The notes under the pieces were generated by a model. It worked only from the letters and a program-made list of their open reading frames with translations. It searched no databases and was not told the DNA's origin. A program made the translations under genes and the position numbers. A stretch of DNA of 64,000 bases from Thermoanaerobaculaceae bacterium (GTDB lineage Bacteria; Acidobacteriota; Thermoanaerobaculia; Thermoanaerobaculales; Thermoanaerobaculaceae): positions 13,531 through 77,530 of the forward strand of contig DAOOJE010000013.1 of assembly GCA_035384965.1 (NCBI GenBank), written 5' to 3'. This document shows, one piece after another, positions 7,500-20,651 of this stretch (positions are counted from its first letter, which is position 1; each line of letters starts with the position of its first letter).

Positions 7500-8722
7500 G
7501 CGTGGAGCAGGCGTGGTGGCGACAGACGACGTCGGCGCAGTGGCGGGTCCTCGCCGCTGCCATGGCGGGGTGGATGCTCGACGCCATGGACGTCATGTTG
7601 TACGCGTTCGCACTGCCCGCCATCCGGGCCGAGTTCGGGCTGTCCGGAGCCGAGGCGGGGGCGCTCGCTTCGGTGACGCTGCTCGCCTCCGCGGCCGGAG
7701 GGATCGCCTTCGGCGCCCTTGCCGACCGCATCGGCCGGGCCCGCGCGCTCGTGCTCTCGATCCTCACCTACTCGCTGTTCACGGCGCTCACCGCCACCGC
7801 CTCGTCGCCGGTCGAGCTGGTGCTGTGGCGCACGCTGGTCGGGCTCGGGCTGGGCGGGGAGTGGGCCGCCGGCTCGGTCCTGGTGGCCGAGAGCTGGCCC
7901 GCCGCCCATCGCGGCAAGGCGATCGGCCTCATGCAGTCGGGGTGGGCGCTCGGGTACATCCTGGCGGCGCTGCTCACCTCGGCGGTGCTGCCGGCCCACG
8001 GGTGGCGGGTCCTCTTCGCCCTCGGCCTGCTGCCGGCGCTGCTCGTGGTGTGGATCCGCAGGCGGGTGCCGGAGCCGGCGGGGTTCGTGCCTTCGACCCG
8101 CACCGGCGGGATTGGGTGGGGTGAGCTCGCGCGGCCGCCGCTGCTCGGGCGCGTCGCGACCGCGACGCTCCTGACGACGCTGGTGCTGTTCGCCTACTGG
8201 GGGCTGTTCACCTGGGTTCCCGCCTACCTCGGGAGCCCCGTCGAGGCGGGCGGGGCCGGGCTGTCGGTCGTCCGGTCCTCTGGCTTCATCATCCCGATGC
8301 AGCTGGGTGCCTGGCTGGGCTACGTGCTGTTCGGCGTCCTGGCCGACCGCTGGGGGCGGCGCCCGACGTTCACCGTGTTCGTGCTCGCCGCCGCCGCCGT
8401 AGTGCCGGTGTACGGCCAGCTCGCCCGCCACCCGGCGCTCTTGCTGGCGCTGGGGCCAGTCGTGGGGTTTGCCGGCCACGGCTACTTTTCGCTCTTCGGT
8501 GCGATGCTGGCCGAGCTGTTCCCGGGGCGGATCCGCGGCACCGCCCAGGGGCTGTGCTACAACCTGGGGCGCGCCGTCTCGGCGCTGGCCCCGGCCACCA
8601 TCGGAGCGCTCGCCGACCGCCACGGGATCGGCTCCGCCCTGGCGCTCACCGCGATGTTCTTCGCGGCCTCGGCGGCGGTGGTGCGCCTGCTGCCCGAAAC
8701 GCGCGGGGAGGAGCTCGGTTGA
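7496..8722 (+). CDS. MFS transporter
   Basis: GTG 7496 overlaps the pxpBC stop as GTGA. The sequence has about 12 hydrophobic segments. The MFS signature GALADRIGRAR sits between TM2 and TM3, with a second GVLADRWGRRP in the C-terminal half. Confidence 0.85.
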   Translation: MSVEQAWWRQTTSAQWRVLAAAMAGWMLDAMDVMLYAFALPAIRAEFGLSGAEAGALASVTLLASAAGGIAFGALADRIGRARALVLSILTYSLFTALTATASSPVELVLWRTLVGLGLGGEWAAGSVLVAESWPAAHRGKAIGLMQSGWALGYILAALLTSAVLPAHGWRVLFALGLLPALLVVWIRRRVPEPAGFVPSTRTGGIGWGELARPPLLGRVATATLLTTLVLFAYWGLFTWVPAYLGSPVEAGGAGLSVVRSSGFIIPMQLGAWLGYVLFGVLADRWGRRPTFTVFVLAAAAVVPVYGQLARHPALLLALGPVVGFAGHGYFSLFGAMLAELFPGRIRGTAQGLCYNLGRAVSALAPATIGALADRHGIGSALALTAMFFAASAAVVRLLPETRGEELG

Positions 8723-9591
8723 GCCCCCGCCCACCCTGCTCTCGCCGTTCGACCCCGGGCGGATTCGAGCCTCCGGCTCCGCCGGGGCGGAAGGGGGAAC
8801 CACCAAGCAACAACCAACAACCCTCAACCGTCCTCATCGATCTGAACCTGGACGCGGGGGAGCGCCCGGAGGCGATCGCCGATCACTCCGAGCGGGAGCT
8901 TCTGGCGCTGGTCTCCTCGGTGAACATCGCCTGCGGCGGGCACGCCGGCGACGAGGCGACGATGGCCGCCACGCTGGAGCTGGCCCGCGCGCTCGGCGTG
9001 GCGTGCGGCGCCCATCCCGCCTACCCCGACCGTGCGAGGTTCGGGCGGGCGAGCCTCGGGCTTTCGCCGGAGGCAATCGCCGCCGCAGTCGAGGAGCAAC
9101 TCGCCGCGCTCGACCGAGTCGCGGCCTGGCTCGGCATCCCCCTCGCCCACGTCAAGCCGCACGGCGCGCTTTACACCGACGCGGCCCGCGATCCGGCGGT
9201 GGCCGCGGCGGTGGCTCGCGGTGCGGCCCGGTGGCGGGAGAGGGTCCGCCTCGTGGGGCTCGCCGGCTCGTCGTGTCTCGAGGTCTACCAACGGGCGGGC
9301 TTCGCCGTGCTCGCCGAGGCGTTCGCCGAGCGCCGCTACGAGGCGGACGGCACGCTGCGCGCCCGCGCCTTTGCCGACGCCGTCATCCACGACCCCGGGG
9401 AGGCGGCCGCCCAGGCCGTCCGGATCGCCCGCCGGCACGAGGTCGTGGCCGCCGGCGGGGCCGTCGTCGCGGTCAGGGCCGACACGCTCTGCATCCACTC
9501 CGACTCCCCCGCCGCCCTCGTCGTGGCGCGCGCCGTGCGGCAGGCCTTGGAACGAGCCGGCGTCACGGTGACGGCTTTCGACCGCCGATGA
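8719..9591 (+). CDS. pxpA: 5-oxoprolinase subunit PxpA (LamB/YcsF family); start codon uncertain
   Basis: The conserved core starts at VLIDLNLDAGE (about 8830). Further motifs: VNIACGGHAGD, HVKPHGALY and a C-terminal IHSDSP. There is no ATG/GTG between the MFS stop and the core. The only candidate is TTG 8719, with GGAGGAG 5 nt upstream, which adds a ~37-aa low-complexity leader. Confidence 0.75.
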   Translation: MSPRPPCSRRSTPGGFEPPAPPGRKGEPPSNNQQPSTVLIDLNLDAGERPEAIADHSERELLALVSSVNIACGGHAGDEATMAATLELARALGVACGAHPAYPDRARFGRASLGLSPEAIAAAVEEQLAALDRVAAWLGIPLAHVKPHGALYTDAARDPAVAAAVARGAARWRERVRLVGLAGSSCLEVYQRAGFAVLAEAFAERRYEADGTLRARAFADAVIHDPGEAAAQAVRIARRHEVVAAGGAVVAVRADTLCIHSDSPAALVVARAVRQALERAGVTVTAFDRR

Positions 9592-11639
9592 AGCCAGCCA
9601 CGCCCCCGCCCGGGTACCGCCCCACCGGCCACGCGCTGCGCAGCCGGTGCCGGCGGCTCGCCCACCGGCTCGGCGGCACGCTCGAGCGCTTCTTCGACAC
9701 GAGGATCCGGACCGCGCTCCTCGTGGGTGCGGCGGTTCTCGGACTGGCGCTGCGCTGGCGGGCCGCCGGGGCGATGCCGCTGCAGCCGCCTCACGTCGTG
9801 CCGGGCCTGCTCCTGGGGCTCGGAGAGGACCTGGCGGTGGCCGCTGCGCTGGCGCTTTTCGCGAGCCTGGGGCGGCTGGCGGCCGCCGCGGCAGGTGTGG
9901 CGTTCGCGGTGTCCTCGCTCGTCCACCTCGCCTGGTGCGAGGCGCTCATTTACTACGGCCACCCACCGCGCTGCGCCGACATCGAGGTGGCGACCCAGGG
10001 AGTCTTCGTCAGCCGCACCTTCGACCCCCAGGGACTCGCGCCGGCGGCGCTCATCCTCGCCGTCGCCGCCGCGGGAATCCTGGTCGGCTGCGGCGTGGCG
10101 GCGTTCCGCGCACCTCGCGCCACGGTGCTCGGCGTCGGGCTCGGGGCCGCGCTCGTCGCGTGTGGAGCGGAGGTTCTCGCGCCCGCCCCGCAGTTCTACC
10201 GCCACCCGCTGCTCGTGGTCGCCAGCCTGTGGCGGTGTGTCGCCGCCAATCCGGCCGCGGTGGCGCCGGCGGAGCCCTCGCCCCGGCTGCCGGCGACGAG
10301 CGTGCGCGAGCTGATGCCCACGGTCGAGGCCGCCGCGTTCCCGGACGACGCGCATCCGCTCGCCTACCACGCCCCGCCGCGCGGCCCGGCCGTGGCGGCG
10401 CCACCTGGAATGCGCCCCAACCTCGTCTTCGTGCTGCTGGAAGGCGTCCGGGCTCGCGAGGTCGGCGCCTGGGGCGGCCGCCTGCCTGGCCTCACGCCGA
10501 ACCTCGATGCGCTCGCTCGCAGCGGGATCCGCTTCGAGAGGGCGTACAGCCCAGGAACCCACACCGCGACCTCCGAGATGGGCCTGTGGTACGGGACGCT
10601 GGCGATACCCGACGAGATCCTCATGCGCTCCCGGCCCACCGTGCCGCTGTCGGGCCTCCCCGAGCGGCTGCGCGCCGCCGGCTGGCGCTCGCTCCTGTGG
10701 ATGCACAACGCCGACCAGGGGATCTACAAACGGGAGCAGTTCTACCTGCCACGGGGGTTTGGGCTCGTCGACGAGCGGGGGTTCCCCTCAAGCGACCCCC
10801 TGACCAACTGGGGACGTTCGGACCGGGCGCTCATGCGGCTCGCGCTCGAGGCCTTCGACCGCCTCGAGGAGCCTTTCGCCGCCATGCTCCTGACCGTGAC
10901 CAACCACCTGCCGTTCCAGGTGCCGGCCGACGCAAGGAGCCGCTACCCCATCCCCGAGACTCTGCGCGACGACATGCTGGCCCGTTTCGGCCGCTCCGCC
11001 GGGCGCTACAGCCTCGCCATGTTCGAGACCATCCACTACACCGACGAGGCCGTGGGAGCGTTGATCGAGGACGCCAGGCACCGGCGCTGGTTCGACCGTA
11101 CCCTGTTCGTCGTTGCCGGCGACCACGGCCTGCCGCTCCCTCCGGTCGAGGGGGTGGCCGGAGCCCACGACCTGGCCGAGCTGCGCCACCGCGTGCCGCT
11201 GCTGCTGTGGGCGCCGTGGCTGACTCCGGGCCTCACGGTCGAGGATCCCGTCTCGCTCGCCGACATGCCGGCGACGGTTTTCGGCCTGTTCGGCCTCGGA
11301 GGGCTCCGCGGCGGGCCCGGTGTCGACGTGCTCGCCGCTGGATCGGCCGGAGCGCCGCGGCCGGTCATCGGCTGGGACGACGAGGCCCGACAGCTCACCA
11401 TCGCCGTCCGCGGGTGGGTGTACCACGCCACGGTGGGAGAGCGGGCAGTCGGCGGCGAGCACCCGATCCTCGGCGAACAGCTCGTCGAGGCGCGCACCGG
11501 CGCCGACGCTCCGCAGGGTCCGGCGCGGGAGCAGGCGCTGGCGCAAAGCCGTCGCTGGGCGCGCGTCTACCTCGGCGTCTACCCCTGGCTCGTCACGAGC
11601 GGGCGCGCCGTCCTGCCAGCGGAGAAGGCCACACCGTGA
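9588..11639 (+). CDS. LTA synthase / sulfatase-family membrane transferase (phosphoglycerol or phosphoethanolamine transferase-like)
   Basis: ATG 9588 overlaps the pxpA stop as ATGA. The N-terminal part has several TM segments. The C-terminal alkaline-phosphatase-superfamily domain shows NLVFVLLEGVRA, SPGTHTATSEMG and FVVAGDHG. Confidence 0.8.
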   Translation: MKPATPPPGYRPTGHALRSRCRRLAHRLGGTLERFFDTRIRTALLVGAAVLGLALRWRAAGAMPLQPPHVVPGLLLGLGEDLAVAAALALFASLGRLAAAAAGVAFAVSSLVHLAWCEALIYYGHPPRCADIEVATQGVFVSRTFDPQGLAPAALILAVAAAGILVGCGVAAFRAPRATVLGVGLGAALVACGAEVLAPAPQFYRHPLLVVASLWRCVAANPAAVAPAEPSPRLPATSVRELMPTVEAAAFPDDAHPLAYHAPPRGPAVAAPPGMRPNLVFVLLEGVRAREVGAWGGRLPGLTPNLDALARSGIRFERAYSPGTHTATSEMGLWYGTLAIPDEILMRSRPTVPLSGLPERLRAAGWRSLLWMHNADQGIYKREQFYLPRGFGLVDERGFPSSDPLTNWGRSDRALMRLALEAFDRLEEPFAAMLLTVTNHLPFQVPADARSRYPIPETLRDDMLARFGRSAGRYSLAMFETIHYTDEAVGALIEDARHRRWFDRTLFVVAGDHGLPLPPVEGVAGAHDLAELRHRVPLLLWAPWLTPGLTVEDPVSLADMPATVFGLFGLGGLRGGPGVDVLAAGSAGAPRPVIGWDDEARQLTIAVRGWVYHATVGERAVGGEHPILGEQLVEARTGADAPQGPAREQALAQSRRWARVYLGVYPWLVTSGRAVLPAEKATP

Positions 11640-12544
11640 ACCCCACCGATGCATACCCGAGGCGTCCGCGCTGGCTCGTCCGGTGGTTCGGCTGGCTCGC
11701 CCTGATCGCCACCGTGGCGGCGGGAGGGCTCATGCTGCTCGAACGCTCGCTCATTTTCTTCCCGATGCGGTATCCGGTCGGCGACTGGGACCTCGAGGGA
11801 TGGGAGCGCCGGACGGGTTGCGCCTTCGAGGATCGATTCCTCGCCACGGCGGACGGCGTGCGGCTGCACGCCTGGTGGGTGAGCCCCCCGAACCCGCCTT
11901 TGCCAGGTGAGACGACTCGTCCGACCCTGCTCTACCTGCACGGCAACGCCGGCAACCTCTCCCACCGCGGCACCGTGGCGGCGACGCTCGCCCGCCGCCT
12001 CGGGATGGACGTCCTCGTCCTCGACTACCGCGGCTACGGCCGCAGCGAAGGCAGCCCGCACGAAAGCGGCCTGTACGAGGACGCCCGCGCGGCGTGGCGC
12101 CATCTCACCGTCGACCGCGCCGTGCCGGCCCGCCGGATCGTCGTCTACGGCAAATCGCTGGGCGGGGGTGTGGCGACGCAGCTCGCCAGCGAGGTGCAGC
12201 CGGCGGGGCTCGTGCTGCAGTCCACGTTCACCTCGATCCCGGACATGGCGGCGCACCACTACCCGTTCGTGCCACGTTTGTTGCTCCGCACCCGGATGGA
12301 CTCCCTCTCGAAGATCGAACGCGTCGGCTGTCCGCTGCTCGTCATCCACAGCCACGCCGACGAGATTGTGCCGTTTGCCCACGGGCAGCGCCTGTTCGCT
12401 GCGGCGCGGGAGCCGAAGCGGTTGTTCGCGGTCGAGCGCGCCGGCCACAACGACACCTTCGACGCCGGCGGAGAGGCGCTGCTCGCCGCCCTCGCGGAGT
12501 TCGCCCACGGCTGCCTGGGCGAGAGACCTAGTCCTGCCAGGTGA
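11636..12544 (+). CDS. alpha/beta hydrolase (membrane-anchored, BAAT/DLH-like)
   Basis: GTG 11636 overlaps the upstream stop as GTGA. It has an N-terminal TM segment (LVRWFGWLALIATVAAGGLMLL). Motifs: HGNAGN, nucleophile elbow GKSLGG, and catalytic-type HSHADEIVP / GHND. Confidence 0.8.
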   Translation: MNPTDAYPRRPRWLVRWFGWLALIATVAAGGLMLLERSLIFFPMRYPVGDWDLEGWERRTGCAFEDRFLATADGVRLHAWWVSPPNPPLPGETTRPTLLYLHGNAGNLSHRGTVAATLARRLGMDVLVLDYRGYGRSEGSPHESGLYEDARAAWRHLTVDRAVPARRIVVYGKSLGGGVATQLASEVQPAGLVLQSTFTSIPDMAAHHYPFVPRLLLRTRMDSLSKIERVGCPLLVIHSHADEIVPFAHGQRLFAAAREPKRLFAVERAGHNDTFDAGGEALLAALAEFAHGCLGERPSPAR

Positions 12545-12851
12545 ACGAGATGATGATGCCGTCGGGACCCACGTAGAAGGTCCGGACCGAGGTGTAGGCG
12601 ACGGCCGGCGCCGACGGGCTCGGCCGCCCCGTCACCGGGTCGATGGTCGGCGGGCTGGCCATCCGCCGCTCCACCTCCCACACGTACACCGTGTTCTCGC
12701 CTTGCGGCATCACGCGCTTGGCCGGCCCGAGCTTGGCAATCACCTCGTCGATGTGGTGGCCGGTCCAGTCGGTGGGCTTGGTGCTCGCGCACCCCACAAA
12801 GGGCGCCACCAGCGCGAAAACGAGCACGCCTGCGATCAAGCTCCGCTGCAT
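12528..12851 (-). CDS. small lipoprotein, unknown function
   Basis: 107-aa ORF with signal peptide plus lipobox MQRSLIAGVLVFALVAPFVGC|AS. It converges on the hydrolase gene with a 17-nt overlap of the 3' ends. Confidence 0.65.
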   Translation of the reverse strand: MQRSLIAGVLVFALVAPFVGCASTKPTDWTGHHIDEVIAKLGPAKRVMPQGENTVYVWEVERRMASPPTIDPVTGRPSPSAPAVAYTSVRTFYVGPDGIIISFTWQD

Positions 12852-12918
12852 TGCTTTCCGATCCTCCTCCGCGTCTGCAAATCATGCCACAACGCTGCGC
12901 GGTCGCACCACGGCACCG

Positions 12919-13563
12919 CTACTCGAACACGACCCGTCTGCCATCCAGGCGCCAGCGGCGCGTGAGGAGCAACCGCAGCGCCTCGGCGTAAGCGCGGTGC
13001 TCCTCGGTAAGGATGCGGGCGGCCAGCGTCTGGGCCGTGTCGTCGTCGAGAACCGGCACGGCGCGCTGGACGACGATCGGCCCGGTGTCGCAGCCGGCGT
13101 CCACGAGGTGCACGGTGCACCCGGAGACCCGCACCCCGTAGTCGAACGCCTGGCGCTGCGCTTCGAGCCCCGGGAACGCCGGCAGCAGCGCCGGGTGGAT
13201 GTTGAGGATGCGGCAGGGAAAGGCAGCGACGAACTCCGGCCCGAGGAGGCGCATGTACCCGGCCAGGCAGACCCATTCGGCGCCCGCCTCGCGGATAGCG
13301 GCGATCATCTGCCGCTCCTGCTCCGCGTGACCGAGCCCCTTGCGAGGGATGACGCGCGTCGGGATGCCGCGCTCCCGCGCCCGCTCGAGGCCGGGGGCAT
13401 CGGCTTTGTCGGAGAGCACCAGCACGATCGAGGCCGGCACCTCGTGGCGGGCGCAAGCATCAGCCAGCGCTGCAAAGTTGGAGCCGCGGCCGGAAAGCAG
13501 GACTGCAACCGGCGTGCGTCGCGCCTGCACGGCCGGATCACTGGGGCCGGGGTTCATTCTCAT
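12919..13563 (-). CDS. purN: phosphoribosylglycinamide formyltransferase
   Basis: Motifs VAVLLSGRGSNF, NIHPALLPAFPG and GCTVHLVD.G.DTGPI. The start overlaps the purM stop as ATGA. Confidence 0.9.
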   Translation of the reverse strand: MRMNPGPSDPAVQARRTPVAVLLSGRGSNFAALADACARHEVPASIVLVLSDKADAPGLERARERGIPTRVIPRKGLGHAEQERQMIAAIREAGAEWVCLAGYMRLLGPEFVAAFPCRILNIHPALLPAFPGLEAQRQAFDYGVRVSGCTVHLVDAGCDTGPIVVQRAVPVLDDDTAQTLAARILTEEHRAYAEALRLLLTRRWRLDGRRVVFE

Positions 13564-14606
13564 CGACGCCCGAACCTCACGCCGGGCTCGCCCGTCACCC
13601 GGCCGATCACCCAGCCGGGGCCATGGGCACCCAGCGCCTCCACGGCTTCGCCGACTCTCGCCTCAGCCACGACGAGGATCATGCCGACGCCGAGATTGAA
13701 CGTGCGCCGCATGTCGTCCTCTGGGACGTTGCCGGCCCGGCGGAGCAGGCCGAACAGCGGCGGTTCGTCCCACGAGCCGAGGTCGATTTCGGCCCCGAGC
13801 GCTTCCGGCAGGGCGCGCGGGAGGTTGTCGGGAATCCCGCCGCCAGTGATGTGCGCCGCGGTCTTCACGAGTCCCCGGTCGAGCAGCGGCGCCACGGCGG
13901 GCAGGTACGAGCGGTGCACCGCCAGCAGCGCCTCGGCCACGGTAGAGCCCAGCTCCGGCACCGGGCTGTCGACTCGCAGCCCCAGCACGTCGAACACGAT
14001 GCGCCTCGCCAGAGAGTAGCCGTTGGTGTGCAGGCCGGTCGAGGGCAGCGCCACGAGGACGTCCCCGGCCGCCACGGTGTCGCGGCGCAGCAGCCGGTCG
14101 CGGCGGCACCCCCCGACGATGAACCCTGCCACGTCGTACTCGCCAGGGGCGTAAAACCCGGGCATCTCGGCAGTCTCGCCGCCGAGCAGCGCGCAGCCGT
14201 TGGCGCGGCAGCCGCGCGCCAGCCCCTCGACCACGCTCACCATGACGCCGGGCTCAAGCCGGCCCGAGGCGAAGTAGTCGAGGAAGAACAGCGGCCGCGC
14301 CCCGCACACCAGGATGTCGTTGACGCAGTGGTTCACGAGGTCCTCGCCCACCGTGTCGTGGACGCCGGCCATCTGCGCCACCTTGAGTTTGGTGCCGACG
14401 CCGTCGGCGGAAGCGACCAGCACCTGCCCTCGCGGATTCTCGGGTTCGAGCGTGAAAAGCCCGCCGAACGCCCCGATCTCGGACAGCACCCCGGCCGTGA
14501 ACGTCGACCGCGCCAGGCGCTTGACCCCGGCCAGCGCCCGGTCCTGGGCGTCGATGTCCACACCGGCAGAGGCGTACGTCAAGACGGGAGCGCCCGGCTC
14601 GTGCAT
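13560..14606 (-). CDS. purM: phosphoribosylformylglycinamidine cyclo-ligase (AIR synthetase)
   Basis: 348 aa. Motifs YASAGVDIDA, IGAFGGLF, DGVGTKL, DLVNHCVNDI and GGETAEMPG. Confidence 0.92.
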   Translation of the reverse strand: MHEPGAPVLTYASAGVDIDAQDRALAGVKRLARSTFTAGVLSEIGAFGGLFTLEPENPRGQVLVASADGVGTKLKVAQMAGVHDTVGEDLVNHCVNDILVCGARPLFFLDYFASGRLEPGVMVSVVEGLARGCRANGCALLGGETAEMPGFYAPGEYDVAGFIVGGCRRDRLLRRDTVAAGDVLVALPSTGLHTNGYSLARRIVFDVLGLRVDSPVPELGSTVAEALLAVHRSYLPAVAPLLDRGLVKTAAHITGGGIPDNLPRALPEALGAEIDLGSWDEPPLFGLLRRAGNVPEDDMRRTFNLGVGMILVVAEARVGEAVEALGAHGPGWVIGRVTGEPGVRFGRR

Positions 14607-14645
14607 GCGCCCGACATGATAGCCGAGTCGGTTGGCGGGGTCGGA

Positions 14646-18276
<3,631 letters not shown>

Positions 18277-18280
<4 letters not shown>

Positions 18281-18981
18281 GCCGCCTCCACCAGGGCGCG
18301 CAGCAGCGCCCGTCCGTCCTCGCCTCCCAGCAAGCGGGACACCCGCCGCTCCGGGTGCGGCATCATGCCGAGCACGTTGCCTTCGCGGTTGATGAGCCCG
18401 GCGATGTTCTCGAGCGCGCCGTTGGGGTTGGCGTCGAGCCGCACCTGGCCGCTCGGGTCGCAGTAGCGCAGCGCCACCGCCCCGCGCTGCTCGACCTCGC
18501 GGACCACCGCGGGCTCGGCGAACCAGTTGCCTTCCTTGTGGGCGACCGGCAGGCGCAGCACCTGCCCGGGCTGGAGGGTGCGCACGAGCGGCAGGTCGGC
18601 CCGCTCCACGCGCACGTACACGTCGCGGCAGACGAACCGCAGCGAGCGGTTCATGAGCATGGCGCCCGGCAACAACCCCACCTCGAGCAGCACCTGGAAC
18701 CCGTTGCAAATGCCGAGCACCGCGCCGCCTTGCTCGGCGTGGCGGCGCACCGCCTTCATGACCGGCGAGTGAGCGGCCATCGCCCCGGCGCGCAAGTAGT
18801 CGCCGTACGAAAACCCGCCTGGCAAGATCACGGCGCCGCAGCGTTGCAAGTCCTTGGACTGGTGCCACACCGGCACCGCCTCCCCGCCCACCGCCTCCAC
18901 CGCCGCCAGCGCGTCGCGGTCGCAGTTGGAGCCGGGGAAGACGATCACGGCCACGCGTGGACGTCGCCCGCCGTCGGTCAT
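18277..18981 (-). CDS. purQ: phosphoribosylformylglycinamidine synthase subunit PurQ (glutaminase)
   Basis: 234 aa. Motifs [33 protein letters not shown] and MPHPER. Confidence 0.92.
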
Positions 18982-19217
18982 GGCAGCCTGACCTCGAAGT
19001 CCTCGATGACCGGGTTGGCCAGCAGCTCGCGAGCGGCCTCCTCGACTCTGGCGCGCACGAGCCCGGCGTCGTCGCCGGCGACCTCGAGCAGCATGAGCTT
19101 GCCGACCCGGACCTGCTCAACTTCCTCGAACCCGAGGTTTGTGAGCACTCGCCGGATCGCCTCGCCCTGGGGGTCGAGCACCGATTCCTTGAGCTTGACG
19201 CGGACTTCCACCTGCAT
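18978..19217 (-). CDS. purS: phosphoribosylformylglycinamidine synthase subunit PurS
   Basis: 79-aa protein [30 protein letters not shown]...[13 protein letters not shown] lies 5 nt upstream of ATG 19217. The stop overlaps the purQ start as ATGA. Confidence 0.88.
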   Translation of the reverse strand: MQVEVRVKLKESVLDPQGEAIRRVLTNLGFEEVEQVRVGKLMLLEVAGDDAGLVRARVEEAARELLANPVIEDFEVRLP

Positions 19218-19234
19218 GTCGCCTCCTGCCGCCG

Positions 19235-20092
19235 CTAGTCGGGGACGGGGGTGCGGGGGTACGCCCCCGCGGCCCGCCCACCGCTGATCGAAGGTCGAAC
19301 GTCGACAGCCGCCCACCCGCCCAGCTCCGGCAGGGCCGCCGGGAGCTCCACGGCAAGAGGCCGGTCCTGGCTGGACACCTGGCAGCGCGCGCGGCTGCCG
19401 GCCAGCACCCGCTCGAGCTCGGCGCGTGCCAGGTCGGGGGTGTTGTTTTCCTGTGAGAGGTGCATCGCCACCACGAGTTCGAGCCCCGGCCCGGCGAGGC
19501 GCTCCAGCGCGGCGCGCGCCTGGCAGTTGGAGAGGTGCCCGGTTCGCGAGCGGATGCGCTGCTTGAGCGGCCAGGGGTACGAGCCGAGGCGCAGCATGTC
19601 GAGGTCGTGGTTGGCCTCGATGAGCAGCGCGGCGCATCCCGCCAGTCGCTCGAGCAGGAGCTCGGTCACCACCCCCGTGTCGGTCACGAGGCCGAGCCGC
19701 CGCTGGCGGTGGGAAAACACGAACCCCAGCGGCTCGGCGGCGTCGTGGCTGGTGGCGACCGGCAGCACCTCGAGGCCGACGTGCTCGAACGGGCGCCCCG
19801 ACCGCAGCAACGGCTCGACGGCGGCCTGCCCGGCCAGCGCCCGCGTCGTGCCCTCGCTGCCGAGCACCGGCACGGCGTGCTTTTTCTGAAATACCGCGAG
19901 GCCCCGCACGTGGTCGACGTGCTCGTGCGTGAGGAGCACCATCTGGAGGTCGCCCGGGGCGAGGCCGGCAAGGGCCAGGCGCGACCGGAGCTGGCGGTAC
20001 GAAAGACCGCAGTCCACCAGCACGCGCGCGCCGTTGGCCTCGACCACCGTGGCGTTGCCGCTCGACCCCGAGGCAAGCACGATGGCGCGCAC
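19235..20092 (-). CDS. MBL-fold metallo-hydrolase
   Basis: 285 aa. Begins MRAIVLASGSSGNATVVEA, then LVDCG, and carries the zinc motif LLTHEHVDHVRG. Confidence 0.85.
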   Translation of the reverse strand: MRAIVLASGSSGNATVVEANGARVLVDCGLSYRQLRSRLALAGLAPGDLQMVLLTHEHVDHVRGLAVFQKKHAVPVLGSEGTTRALAGQAAVEPLLRSGRPFEHVGLEVLPVATSHDAAEPLGFVFSHRQRRLGLVTDTGVVTELLLERLAGCAALLIEANHDLDMLRLGSYPWPLKQRIRSRTGHLSNCQARAALERLAGPGLELVVAMHLSQENNTPDLARAELERVLAGSRARCQVSSQDRPLAVELPAALPELGGWAAVDVRPSISGGRAAGAYPRTPVPD

Positions 20093-20204
20093 CTAACTCG
20101 CCCCTTCCGGCTGCGAGCAGCCCCGGTCGAACTCCGAGCGCGCGTTGCGTCGACTCACCCTCACCGTCCTCGATCCGCCGCCTGCGGCGCGCCAAGTGTA
20201 GCAG

Positions 20205-20651
20205 TCACACCCCGGTGGAACCGAACCCCCCCGCCCCTCGCTCCGACGGTGGCAGGGCCTCAACCTCGACGAACTCCGCCCGCAGGACCGGCGCCACCAC
20301 GAGCTGGGCGATGCGATCGCCCCGCCGCACCACGAACGGCTCGCTCCCCGTGTTGGCGAGCAGCACCTTGACCTCGCCTCGAAAGTCCGAGTCGATGGTG
20401 CCGGGGGCGTTGGGCAGCGTGATCCCCCAGCGCAGCGCCAGGCCCGAACGGGGTCGCACCTGCACCTCGTAGCCTTCCGGAATCGCCAGCACGAGCCCCG
20501 TCGGCACCGCAGCCCGCTCGCCGGGGGCGAGCGTCAGGCTCGCCTCGACAGCCGCCACCACGTCGGCCCCGGCGGCCCAGGCCGACAGGTAGCGGGGCAG
20601 CGGTAGACCCGCCGCGTGCGGCAGCCGCTGCACCAGCACGCGGGGGCTCAC
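20205..20651 (-). CDS. dut: dUTP diphosphatase
   Basis: GTG 20651 overlaps the M16 peptidase stop as GTGA. Motifs: [25 protein letters not shown] and GDRIAQLV, ending GFGSTG. Confidence 0.9.
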   Translation of the reverse strand: MSPRVLVQRLPHAAGLPLPRYLSAWAAGADVVAAVEASLTLAPGERAAVPTGLVLAIPEGYEVQVRPRSGLALRWGITLPNAPGTIDSDFRGEVKVLLANTGSEPFVVRRGDRIAQLVVAPVLRAEFVEVEALPPSERGAGGFGSTGV

